From: Hormiphora californensis
Lineage: Eukaryota > Animalia > Ctenophora
Reading direction: 5' to 3'
Assembly: GCA_020137815.1 (NCBI GenBank)
Contig: CM035350.1
Coordinates: 6,510,001 to 6,574,000, forward strand
Length of the DNA: 64,000 nucleotides
Position numbers and translations under genes: made by a program. This document shows positions 30,667-43,167 of this stretch, in pieces. Under the pieces are notes generated by a model that saw only the letters and a list, made by a program, of their open reading frames with translations, was not told where the DNA came from and ran no database searches. The number at the start of each line of letters is the position of its first letter. Position 1 is the stretch's first letter.

Positions 30667-32452
30667 AAAAGACAGGCCTTTCGCTCAGCGCAATAAAAAC
30701 TACTATGATAATGTTTACCACAAAAAGGAAATGGCACTTAAACCAATCTTCTTGAAGGTACAGAAATAAAACTAAGCACCACAACAAAATTCCTTGGAGT
30801 TACGATAGACAACAGACAACTTCAACAAACACATTGATAACATCACAAAAAAAGCCAAAAGGAACCTGATGAGAGCCAACATCGCCATCGGACCTACATG
30901 GGGACTATCCCCCAAAGTAGCGATATGGCTCTACAGACAAACCATCAGACCCCTCATAACGTACGCAGCACCAATATGGATAAATGCGATATATAAACAA
31001 CACAATGCCAAGAAACTGAGAGCGGTGCAAAGGTTAGCTCTCAGAATAGCAACCGGTGCCTTCCCTAACACCGCAGGGGCTGACCTAAACATCATAACGA
31101 ACACTACAGACATAATACACCACGTAAGAAACAGCTACTGAAACCACTGGGCGCCTAAAAGCAAATGGGAAATGGACTAAAGAAAAAGTATGTTAACCAA
31201 CTATACCCTGCTCATACATGCAACAGGTTGTGGGAAGAACTAGAGCTACCAGCACGCCCACTAGACAAAACAACCAAAGAAACCCTTATGAAAAACTACG
31301 AGACAACAATAGACTGGGAAACAGGTACACTAGATGAGGAGGACAGAAATGCACTAACAGTATACACGGATGATCGAAAAACGAAGCTAACCAAACGGGG
31401 CTAGGAGCACACTCAAAATCCACAGTGCTTACACAAGAAATCGATATCTCAGAAAGATTACCAAATTATAGCACAGTCTTCCAAGCCGAAGTTAACAGCA
31501 ATTAAAAGAGCAGCAGAGGAACTAAACAACAATGGGACACGAAATCACCACATACACATCAGATCAGATTCAGCCGCCAGCATAAGTGCACTAAGTAAAC
31601 TGACCTCGACTCCTTAACAATTAAGGAATGCAACGCGGAACTCAACAACTAGCACAAAACAATACGGTGAAAATAAAATGGTCAAAGCACATATCGGCAT
31701 CCAAGGTAATGAGATAGCTGACCAACTTGCAAAGAAGGATGCAGCAAACCAATCAGTGAACCAGACAAATACCAATCCCACACAGCTATATTAAAAATTC
31801 TACGACGAAAATAGCCAAAACAAAAACCATGAACCAATTTCTAATAAATGGAGGGAAACACACAAGAACCATAGTAACGAATGAATCAACATGGAACTCA
31901 CTATCAAAAAAGATGACACTGTACGCTAACCAAAGGAAAAAGTATAGAACCATACTACATCTCATCACAAATATAGGGCCGTTCAACTACTACCTCAAGA
32001 AGATTGGAAAATCGAATACAGACATGTAGTCTATGCTCTAAAACAAAGAAAATGCGAAACACCTAATCTGTGAATGTGAAATCCTAGAAACGGAGAGAAT
32101 GAGACTAAGCGGCAAAACTACGTACAAAGATCTTGGCAAAACGATAATATATCACACCACGGTAGCCATCAAGCTAATCGAGAAAGCAAATAAACTCAAG
32201 AACCACCTGTCGCAGGAGAGTGAGCCAAAGATCCAAGACTAATAGGAAGAAGAATCAAGATTCGCGACTCTCGTAGGAGTTTAGTCTCCCCAACCCGAAG
32301 CCACCTATAATGCGAACCTGTCCTGTGGGCAGTTCCTGATGGTGGGGGAGGGGAGGGGGGCTATTCTCCTAGTGCCGGCGAAATCGCTTTGCGATAGTCC
32401 CCTGTGGGCTTGCCGTTGGCAAGCCCAGGCACTCCGTAGATAGATAGATAGA
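30667..32452 (+). mobile_element. Degenerate 5'-truncated LINE with RNase H (LOA/R1/I-group-like) and (TAGA)n tail
   Basis: KFLGVTID, WGLSPK..WLY...RP.ITYAA.IW..QRLA; RNase H motifs VYTD, TVFQAE, SDS, VKAHIGIQGNEIADQLAK; HLICEC knuckle; many frameshifts; tagatagatagataga at 32437-32452. Confidence 0.85.
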
Positions 32453-33345
32453 CCACCGTTGCCTTGGTTGTCATGGTAACGAGAAGGTGTCTAATTGATA
32501 ATGAGGTGTGATAATCACCCCCGTGGTGTTCTTCCGTAACATTTCCATACATTCCCATGATCTAATAAAGGACCCCTCTGTTACACACTCGCATTGATAT
32601 GGCTTCATTGATAATGAGGTGTGATAATCACCCCTGTGGTGTTCTTCCGTAACATTTCCATACATTCCCATGATCTTATAAAGGACCCCCTTACATTACA
32701 CACTCGCATTGATATGGCTTCATCTAGAGTTCCTGTCAGTGTTCAAACGGTGTCATGTGACATTCAATGTGACCCGTTTTCAACCAATAGGGGGTGAAGA
32801 TGTGAAGTGTGAATGTAATGTGGAATGGGGGGGGGGGGTTGTCAGAGGTTTGGGAATTGATGAGATCTCTAGGGTCATCTAAAAACTCGAAAATGTGAGA
32901 ATGAAAAAGTAAAGAAACAATTGGAATAAATCACGTCTAGTAGGGTCGGTTGTGGAAGTTGGTCTGAATTTTAAATTTGACTTGCTGATATGATTAGGGA
33001 CTCTATAAAAAGTTCAAAGTACCATCCCAAGGTCTCTACCACCCCCGGTTCACTAATTAGCCGTAATTATGTGATTTATGACGTTATCGCCAATTAGCAC
33101 TAATAATACCAGTTCCTGGTCACTTAGAGCTTAGATTTTGATACCAGCTGATAGAGGATCACTAGATTAGTGGGCATTCAAAATTTTAGGTCGATCGGAG
33201 TTATGGTCGAGGAGTTATAACCTTGGCCCCACCTCGTTCTTGGGTTATTAGGCTTTTTCGGTTTTTGGCGGGAAAATATAGATAGAAGAACTTACTCTCT
33301 CCCTCTCACAATCTCACACATTCTCTCTTTCCCTGTTGATGAAAA

Positions 33346-33445
33346 ANNNNNNNNNNNNNNNNNNNNNNNNNNNNNNNNNNNNNNNNNNNNNNNNNNNNNN
33401 NNNNNNNNNNNNNNNNNNNNNNNNNNNNNNNNNNNNNNNNNNNNN
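33346..33445. other. Assembly gap (100 N)
   Basis: Run of N. Confidence 0.99.
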
Positions 33446-34051
33446 NTCCACGTCGTTTTCCTGAATGTCTGAATCTACACTAATACACGCTAGACCAGCT
33501 TGAAGGTCCCCGTCAGTGGCCCTTACTCCAATCAGAAAATCAAATATAAAATCAAACATTTAAGACAAGTAACAAGTTATAGAACATCCGGTAGTAAACA
33601 TTGGAGACTTCATAGAAGCGATCTACTCAAAACCATGGAAAGATCAGTTTCTCTCTGAGACAGATTGAAGTAGGTGTCTGATTAGATAGAATCAATCCCA
33701 GCATATATGACGGATATTTTCTTTACTCTATTAATTAGGTATGAAGAACTGTCTCATTCTTCTTTCTCTCTCTCTCTCTTTCTCTTTCTCAAAGGTGCAT
33801 GTATGGGGTCATATCCCCTGCAGGATTCATACTCATTTACTAGCTGCTGCCCCAACAACGGTCCATTTTCTCACCAGGTCAGAACATGAGTAATAGATGT
33901 CTTCTTCTAACCAGTGATGGGCTGCAGAGAGATAGAGAGAGAAATAGAGAAATAGAGATAGAGAGGTGTAGAGAGAGGTTTAGAGAGAGGTGTAAAGAGA
34001 GGTGGAGAGAGAGAGAGAGAGGTGAGGAGAGAGGAGATAGAGGAGAGGAGA

Positions 34052-34084
<33 letters not shown>

Positions 34085-35109
34085 GGAGAGAGAGAGAGAG
34101 GAGAGAGGAGAAGAGAGCGAGCGAGTGTAGAGAGAGGTTGAGTGAGTGAGAGAGACTGGCTAGGCTATACACGATATTGTAATCTCCTAATGATATATCT
34201 ATCTCGGCATGGTTAGTTGTCTGCGTTCTGACTAACACTCAGTATACTCACTCTCCTTAGAGGACTGAGGTCTGTCGTGGAAAACACGTTGATCACCTGT
34301 GCTGCACTTCAGTCTACATCTCTCCTACAAGTGCTTAGTTTCTCTACTACGTAGCAGTAGTTTGAATTGTTTACTCAACAAAGTTTGTTTCTTGTTTACC
34401 TGTTCATTGTTGCTGCGTTCTGCAATTATGGAGATAGAATACTTCAGCTCTGAACAGGCATCAGCGGTGGCACCCCAGCGGCCCTCTGTAGCCTTCGGAG
34501 GGGGACCCCCGGGCACCCCTTGGTCTGCAGGACCTGGCAGGAAGACTAGCGTTAGGTAAACTCTGAAATGAATGGAAATGAACGTGAATTTGTCGTAGCT
34601 CGTCTCGTGAATACTTTACCACTTTCATGTAGCAGTGTCCCCTCCACTGTAAACGAATTGTGGTCTGGCTATCAGATATATTAGTTTATTGGATGAGACT
34701 GGCATTGTTCCCAATTTGTACCACGTACAAACACCTCGCCACGTACACCACACGTACTGCACTGTCAAAACAACCAGCTGCACACCTGTAACAACATTAA
34801 AAACAAACCACCGTCCAAACTCGCAAGATATAATTCAGTTGTTGTGATTAACTAAAATTGGGCTTGCTCGATGTGTTTGAGTATTCTCAGATACAAATTA
34901 CCTTTTCAGCGTCCGAGCGGGGATGTTGGGATCTCGCCAGAGAAGTGTACTTGCCAAACAGGGAACCTTTATAGGTCTGATGCAGAACATTAGCGAACGA
35001 CGCAGATCCGTCTCATTTGTTGTAAGAGATCCTTGGTAGACATCCCACCCCCCGTTTCTAGACCCCCACCTCTCCAGCCCATGTTGTTTATCTTACCCCC
35101 CTCTTTCAG

Positions 35110-38100
35110 AATTCTGGTTCCCGGACTCGAGTCCAGTCACAGAGCAAAATAGGCCGGAAACTAAAGGTAAGCTGAGAAAAGGGGTGGCTCAAAAAAAGGA
35201 GGGAGGGATCATAAGGAAGAAAAATCTTTCCAGCCTCAACCCCCACGACCCCAAATTTACAGAATTATCTCCAACCCATATTCAAGTCTAACTCACTGTG
35301 TGTTTCACAACAAAACAACCCCATCAAACACCCTCAAAACACCCCCAACACCCCCAACACCATCAAACACCACATAAACACCACCAAACACCCACAAAAC
35401 GCCCACAAATCACCCCCAAACACCCCCTCTAAACACCCTCAAACATCCCATCTAAACATCAAAAACCACTAAACACCAAGAAAAACACCCCCATAACACC
35501 CCAAACACACCAGTCAAACAACCCCCTAAACCAACAAAATCTACCATCGAAACCTCCACGAAACACCCAGCTAAAACACCCCTAAACACCCCAAAACACC
35601 CATCAAACATCCCCATCAAACACCCGCAAACACCCCGAAACACCCTAAACACCCACAACACACCAAACCCACAAACACCCCGAAACACCCCCACCAAACA
35701 CACCAACATCCCAACAACCCACGAAACACCCCAAACCCCAACCAACCCACAACCCATCAACACCCCAACCCCAACACCCAAACACCCCCAAACACCACAA
35801 CACCCACAAACACCACAAACCCCTCTAAACACCACTATAAACATCCCTTAAACATCCCATCTAAACACCCCTCTAAACACCCCTCTAAACATCCCTCAAA
35901 ACATCCCTCCATTACACAGGTGATGAGGATGCGTTCATAGACGAGGAGGATGAATGGGTCCAGGTATGTAACATCATCCACCTTGTCAGACAAGTTGTCT
36001 TGTTCTGCACCCGAGGGTTGAAACATAACAACCCCCCACCCTGTTGTGTCCCGTTTTGAGTTGGTCAGAGTATCCCTCAACGACCCCGAATCACAACCCC
36101 CCCCCCCCTCTATTGTAGTACGGCTAAATCCCGTACTGGGAGATGGTTATTATATGCACTGCAACATCTCCATCTCCCCCACTGCTTGTTGGACCTCCCA
36201 CAGTCTCCGTACCACACGACCCGATCCCTGCTTTCTGATTGGTTCACAGCTATCACGTGATCCCATCTCTGGCCTGTGATTGGATGGGATCTGTCTCTCA
36301 TTAATCTGTAGTTCAAACACTACCCACACCTTGCTGAGTAGCAGCTCGCCGCTCTTATTTTTCACTAACATTTTTAATTGTACCTCTTTGGTCCTACGGG
36401 CAGATCTCTCTGCTATGTGTGTTAGGCGATCTTTATATTTGTAATCGGGTTGTTGTATAATAGTGGGGAGAAGATGAGTCCCTGATTTATGTACCGTTGG
36501 GAGCCGCCACCTGTTATGCGCTGTGTGTATTGTGTTGCCCCTAGCGACCTCTCAGAGAGATAGAGAGAGAGAGTGAGAGAGAGCGAGAGAGGGGGCGTGC
36601 AATCCATTTCAGGGGTAGTATTATTCTGTTTTGTGTCTGTATCTCTCCCCTTCTTATATCATGCAAGAAGTAAGTAGAGGGGGCGGGTGCATGCAAGTTG
36701 GCAATGAAGGTAGTGAAGCATAGCAGACTCATATCGAGGTCTCCCACTCAAGGCACCAGCGGGAGTAGTGTCGGCTCTTCCACTAATCTCCTCCAGGTAC
36801 GAGAGAAGAGTTATATTGTCTCTCTCCAGGTACGAGAGAGTTCAAGAGTCTTTACTCCTCGGCCGTTCTAATAACAAGTCGCACATTGTAATGTAAGACT
36901 TGTTATTAGAAGTAAGTTGATCCGTCACATGTATCATATCAGTATCTAATGTGCCCCGCCTTGCAGCCCAAGATCCTGATGAAGCCGGACGACCAGTTAG
37001 ATCTCAGTGTTGAGGAGCTCAAGGAGGAGTTTACTAGATCTAACAGCCAACAACCCTCATGCGCCTAACAATGTTGTTCGGTACAGCTTCAAGGTAGGTC
37101 AAGGAGTTATCACCCCGTTCTATATGTACAACTATAATATTGTACATGGTGCCTGACGATAATAATTATCTTGGAGCGGTTACTGTGTTACCATGGCAAC
37201 TCATATATTAACAACTCTACCCAGGAGCGGTGCTATAAGATGAAGATGGGTGTTGACCAATTAGCAGTACATTTCTCTATGGTTGGCAACATGTTACACA
37301 AGGAATCAGACGAGGGTAGGAGGCAGCTCGCCAGGCTGGGTCTAGTAGAACAGGGAGAACAGCTAATTGAGACGGAGGGAGGGGAACAAGGGGAGCTAGA
37401 AGTACCAGAGGTGGAACAACCTGACCAGACAGCAGCCCCTGATCAGGCTAATAGACCTGCGAAGGAGGTCATTGTGAAGCCCCCTGAGGCTGCCCTGAGG
37501 AACCAGTTTAACTACAGTGAGAGAGCATCACAGACATTCAACAATCCCTACAGGGTAAACACACTGCAGTTCCCCTTTTTAATGTTACCATTGGTTACCA
37601 TTGGCTACTATTGGTTACCATTGGTCACCATTGGTTACTGTTGTCCCATGTTCCCTAATGGTTGTTGCAAACCCGGTATTATTACCCCTCCGGGAGCTCG
37701 CGTTGAGGTGTAATTTCATTACCAATGTTCCCCATGGTGCTTTCAGTCTGTAACGTTCCCCTTCTTTTTGTTGTAACTAGGAGAGAGGTACCAGCACGGA
37801 GCCCCCTCCCAGAGTTAACTTCTCTGCTAACACCCCCCCCCCCCTTTCAGGAGAGAGGTACCAGCACGGAGCCCCCTCCCAGAGTTAACTTCTCTGCTAA
37901 CACCCCCCCCCTTTCAGGAGAGAGGTACCAGCACGGAGCCCCCTCCCAGAGTTAACTTCTCTGCTAACACCCCCCCCCCCTTTCAGGAGAGAGGTACCAG
38001 CACGGAGCCCCCTCCAGAGTTAACTTCTCTGCTAACACCCCCCCCCTTTCAGGAGAGAGGTACCAGCACGGAGCCCCCTCCCAGAGTTAACTTCTCTGCT

Positions 38101-41100
38101 GACTGCTAACCAATGGGAGATATACGACGCCTACTGCGAGGATCTGGAGCGACAGGAGAAGCAGAAGGAGAGGCAGAAGAGCAAGGATAAAGAAGAGAAG
38201 GAAAAGAAGATCAAGGTGATTGCTGTAGTGGAACCTGCCCTGGGGGAGGAGATTCAGAGGATTGGAAGACCTGTCAAGATAGTGGAGAGAATGGTTAACC
38301 AGAATACTCACGATGAAATAGCTCAGGTACCTTAGTTCATGTGTTGTTCAATGAACAATGTTCATACTTTCTTTTTATCAACTGATAATGTATAGTTGCC
38401 CAATTGGGACCCAATTAGCAAGGTAGCCTGTAATGCGTAGAAGCTGTAGTAACGGTTGAACTTTGCAGGATTTCAAGTACTGGGAGGACGCCTCTGACGA
38501 GTTCAAAGGTGGTCAGGGGACCCTCCTCCCCTTGTGGCTGTTTAAATCTGAGAAGGCAAAGAAGTTCTCCGTGACTGCGGTTGTGTTCAATCCCAAATAT
38601 AACGATATGTTGGCTGTGGGGCATGGCAGTTACGACTTCCTGAAACAGGGCACCGGTCTGATCTGTGTGTACTCCCTGAAGAATCCCTCCTTTCCCGAGT
38701 TCACCTACACTACTAGAAGTGGGGTGATGAGCCTGGATTTCAACAGGGAACACCCCTATCTAATGGCTGTGGGGTTCTACGATGGAACTGTGGCTGTCTA
38801 CAACATGAGAGAGAAATGTAACGATCCTAACTACCAGAGTTCTGCTAAAAATGGGAAACATACTGACCCTGTGTGGCAGGTATAGAACACATGAAGTTGG
38901 AGGGTGTCTATTAAACTGTGGTTGATATTGTCAGGACAATGCTCTGACACAGCTGATCTGTCAGCTTGTATCACACCGTCAGACTGATTTGAGCATACTA
39001 CTCACACTGTACTATTCACACTGTACTATTCACACTGTACTACTCAAACTGTACTATTCACACTGTACAGTGTACACTGTACTATTCACACTGTACTATT
39101 CACACTGTACTATTCACACTGTACTATTCACACTGTACAGTCTACGCTACACTGTACAGTCTACGTATTCATATGTTACCAGGCCCCTGTATCACACAGC
39201 TACATATCACAGGTGTTACCAGGCCCCTGTATCACACAGCACATATCACAGGTGTTACCAGGCCCTTGTAACACACAGCTACGTGTTACAGGTGTTACCA
39301 GGCCCCTGTATCACACATGTTACAGGTGTATTGGCAGGATAATGACCTGGACAACCAACTGAACTTCTTCTCTGTGAGCAGCGATGGTAGGGTGACCTGC
39401 TGGAGGTTGATAAAGAACGAACTCCACCACACTGACATTATCCTGATAAGGCTGAACCCTGCTGTACCTCCTGATCCAATTGGCATGGGGGGAATGGACT
39501 TGGGTAATTAACACGAGATGTAATCCCCTCTGAGCCCCTGCACCTACCCCACCCTTATACTGAATCTCCCGACAATTAACACCAATGTCGCCCCCACTGC
39601 TATATACTACTTCTGCCCCTCTGCCCCCCATCATGCCCCCCACTACCACCACCATTACCCCTGCGCAGGTTGTGGTACGTGTATAGACTTTCACCCCATC
39701 ATGTCCCCCACCATTACCCCCACTACCACCCCATCATGTCCCCCCACCCCCGCCAATTATTAATTACCCCTACAGGTTGTGGTACGTGTATAGACTTTCA
39801 CCGCCGTACTGACTACCTATTCCTGGTGGGCACGGAGGAGGGGAAGATCTACAAGTGTAGTAAACACTACAGTTCCCAGTATCTCGATACATATGATGCA
39901 CACCATATGGCAGTGTATGCTGTGAGGTGGAATACCTTCCACCCCAGAGTGTTTGCTAGCTGTAGTGCGGATTGGACTGTCAAGATATGGGACCACCATT
40001 ACAGGTACTTGCTATGTTCTAACCCTCCCTTTACATTACACAGTCTAGCCAGGCAAACAGGTACTACAGCACACACCTCGTCATATATTCAGAGTGTATA
40101 TACAGTCGGATCGGATCCCGATTTACCCAGCCCCGATATATAACCGGGCAAAACCCTTTCCCCCGAGCATCCCGGTAAATATGGGTCCGACTGTATCTAG
40201 AAGTTTCATAGAGACTAACACGTCCTTCCTCCTTCCCCCACTAACAGTGAGCCAATGTTCACATTTGATCGGGTAACTCCGTTGGTGACGTTGTGTGGTC
40301 CCCCTATTCTGCTACTGTGTTCGGGGCCGTTACTGACGATGGTCAGGTCCACATATTCGATCTCAGTCAGGAGAAATACGAACCGTTTGTCAGCAATCAG
40401 GTATAAACTGGACTGACTGGATATATTTACTGTGTGTGATTCCTCATTTCAAAAGAGGGTAGCAGTAAAATAACAAGTTACGACCAGTCTGTCTTTTCTA
40501 GGAAGTAGCGTGCGTGACCCTTATTTCCTAACTCAATTCCCTGGATCATAACCAAATAGAATAACAATACCATATCTTGCGAGTTGCGCTTACAGAGCAA
40601 TATATCATATCAAATACAGTCATACCTCGATCTACCGGCCTAGATATTTACCGGGCATCTCCCCATGTAGCACGGTAAATAGAGGTTTGACTTGTGAGTA
40701 AGGGGCAAGAGTCAACAAGGTTTGACTGTTTCAGTGGTGCAAAAGAAGAAGACCAAGGTGAATCACCTGGCATTCAACCAACACTACCCCATGATTGTGG
40801 GGTGATGACAGGGGCAACGCCTCTAACCCTGAAACTTAGCCCAAACCTCAGGAAGTGCCTCAAGGTATATGACACAGCTAGTTGTTTGACAAAATATGGA
40901 GTGTTTGTAACATATAGCTAGTAATGGTTTGTGTATTATCTCGACATAGAATAGCCTTCCAATCCACCATCCATCGGATACATAAAACCAACTACTCTCC
41001 AGGACAAGGCGTACTCAAGGGAGGGAGAGATAGCGAAGATGGAGAAGTTGCTGGAACTGGTTAGACAACCATCTGACGAGACCAATGAAGAGGAAGAGGA

Positions 41101-41131
41101 GGAACAACCTGCCGTTAACATGGAGACATGA
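35110..41131 (+). CDS. DNAI1: Axonemal dynein intermediate chain 1 (outer-arm IC, WD40); first coding exon not located
   Basis: [135 protein letters not shown]. Several 1-2 nt indels. Confidence 0.93.
35310..35910. repeat. Degenerate C/A-rich tandem repeat in a DNAI1 intron
   Basis: aaacacccc(t)-like units, ragged. Confidence 0.8.
37781..38100 (+). repeat. Five tandem copies (66-70 bp) of a DNAI1 acceptor plus exon start
   Basis: ag|GAGAGAGGTACCAGCACGGAGCCCCCTCCCAGAGTTAACTTCTCTGCT starting at 37781, 37851, 37918, 37987, 38053. Confidence 0.9.
40102..40193. mobile_element. Small Tc1/mariner-type MITE
   Basis: ta|cagtcgga...tccgactg|ta; a related element lies at ~40616-40693. Confidence 0.6.
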
Positions 41132-42302
41132 GGTGTAACCATGGGACCAGTGAGGGTGTGTAACCAGGAATGGTGTAACATGGAGACCTGAGGTGTCCTG
41201 AGGCATAGTGTGTACATGAGCATGGGTGTACCCTGGAGCACATGAGGTGGTAACCAGGACCATGAGGTGACCACGCGACATGAGATCGTGAGTTATTCAT
41301 CTTGGAATCGTAAAGATAGAGACTTGAGAGAGCTCTAATAGCAACGTGAAGACTGGGACTCGGTGGATGGGTAAGTTCTTTCTAATAATGTGTGGGCACG
41401 GGGGAGAACAAACAATATGGAGTCTCTATAGACTCCCTCCCCTCTCTGTACATACTTGTGTATTTCAAATGTTTTTCAACCTCGAAAAAACAGCTGATCT
41501 AAGTTTTGTGGAAAACATCAAAAATAATAAGTTATAAATTAGCTCCCAATGTGTCATTAGAGTTCCATCTTACTTGTTTCCATAGTAACACTTTGTTCCA
41601 AGTCAACATCTTACTTGTTCCGTAAACTTGTTCATAAACATCTTAGTTGCACATCAACTTGTTTCCATAGTTCCATCTTACTTGTTTCCATAGTAACATC
41701 TTACTTAATTACATAGTAACATGTTGTTTCCATAGTGATATGTTGAAAGTTGTAGCCATAGTAACATATTGTTTCCATCATGTTGTCATGTTGCTATGGT
41801 AATACTAACCACGTCTCCAATCAGTCACATTCCTCGGCATCCTCATGGATATACTTAGCTTCAGCAACACTGAGATGCCTGTCCCACGCTCTGTGTCCGG
41901 AATAAGATATTAGCTCATGGCACTACTATAATTATTGGTAAAGGCTTTGGTTACGAAGTCATCCTATTGTGCTTTTCTAGTAATTATGTACAGCGGTACT
42001 AATATCCTACCACTTGATGATATTGTCATGTATGTATAGTCCTACAACAGACAAGTACCTGGCGTTAGCTGTAGCAGTGATAGTCTCCCGCTGTAGTACG
42101 ACACTAGTACACATTAACCGTGTCCGTGGCATCTTGTTACTAATATTCAGTAGAACGAAGTTACGTCTCTTCCATCGGAGGCGTGGCACCAGAATGCTTG
42201 TCACGTGAGAGGGCTGTGTAGTAATAGGGACCTAAATCTGGAGAGGGGCAAATATTGTCTAGTCCATGTGACTGTCAGTTTGTAGTCAGACAGTTCAGGA
42301 CT

Positions 42303-42433
42303 AAACTTGTTACTTGTCTTAAATGTTTGATTTTATGTTTGATTTTCTTATTGGAGTAAGGGCCACTGGGGGACCTTCAAGCTGGTCTAGCGTGTATTAG
42401 TGTAGATTCAGACATTCAGGAAAACGACGTGGA
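42303..42433. repeat. Dispersed repeat; inverted copy at 33446-33578
   Basis: Near-identical reverse complement of the sequence just right of the gap. Confidence 0.8.
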
Positions 42434-43167
42434 CGATGATTTATGTGTTTCAAATCAAATTAAGCTAATAGAACAAATGTGTCCTCATACTGATGAGGAC
42501 ACTTGTGTCGTTTTGCTGAATGCTTGAATCCACATTCCACACTAGGGACCAACTTACAAAAAGAACTCGCGAGACCAGCTTGCAGAGGACCCTAGTGGCC
42601 CCCACTCCAATCATAGATTGCTTATACATATGATACTGAAGTCTCGTATGTTTCCTGCCGGATATTCTAGAACTTGTGTTTGACTTTCTAAATTCATTCT
42701 TCCCATGTTGGTCGTGTCTGTGTTTGTTCCTCGTACGGTATGTGCGGTAAATGTTCCACCACTCACCAGTCCAACCGGTTTGATAAATTACGACAGCATG
42801 AGGCAGTGTGTAGCTGCTAAATTCGTCATTTGAGAGTCTTTGCCTGTATCTTACGTTATAGCCTATTATGTGGTATGGTCAATATAAAACCTGCGCAGGA
42901 ATTCCATGTGACATTATTCATATGTGACGAAAATAGAGGGAGAGACAGAAAGAAGAGAATAGAACGTTAGAGAACATGTCATCTTTACAGCAACGCGATG
43001 TTGTGGTCTGCTTGGGAAGCGCGTGACACGTCTTAGTAGTTGAGCTTTTCTGTTTACTTTGCTTCTATCTGATGTGCTATATAGGCTACCCATCATATAT
43101 TATTTGTAGGACACACACATACAAACTGTACAAACTACTTGCTGACCAACCAATCTCTGATCTCAGG

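Noticed and set aside
26350-40810. Frameshifts in SCFD2 (~26360, 26608, 26650) and DNAI1 (~37039, 38101, 40270, 40388, 40798) as pseudogenisation or programmed frameshifting
   Set aside because: They are 1-2 nt indels, often at short homopolymers, in otherwise well-conserved genes near a gap; consensus errors are more likely. Needs short-read polishing to confirm.
41805-42225. Possible minus-strand exons after DNAI1
   Set aside because: Could not join them into a consistent frame and no family was recognised.
42478-42525. ctgatgag-gacac-tt-gtgtc as a hammerhead ribozyme
   Set aside because: The required GAAA after stem II is absent (gtttt); better explained as a local palindrome in a repeat.
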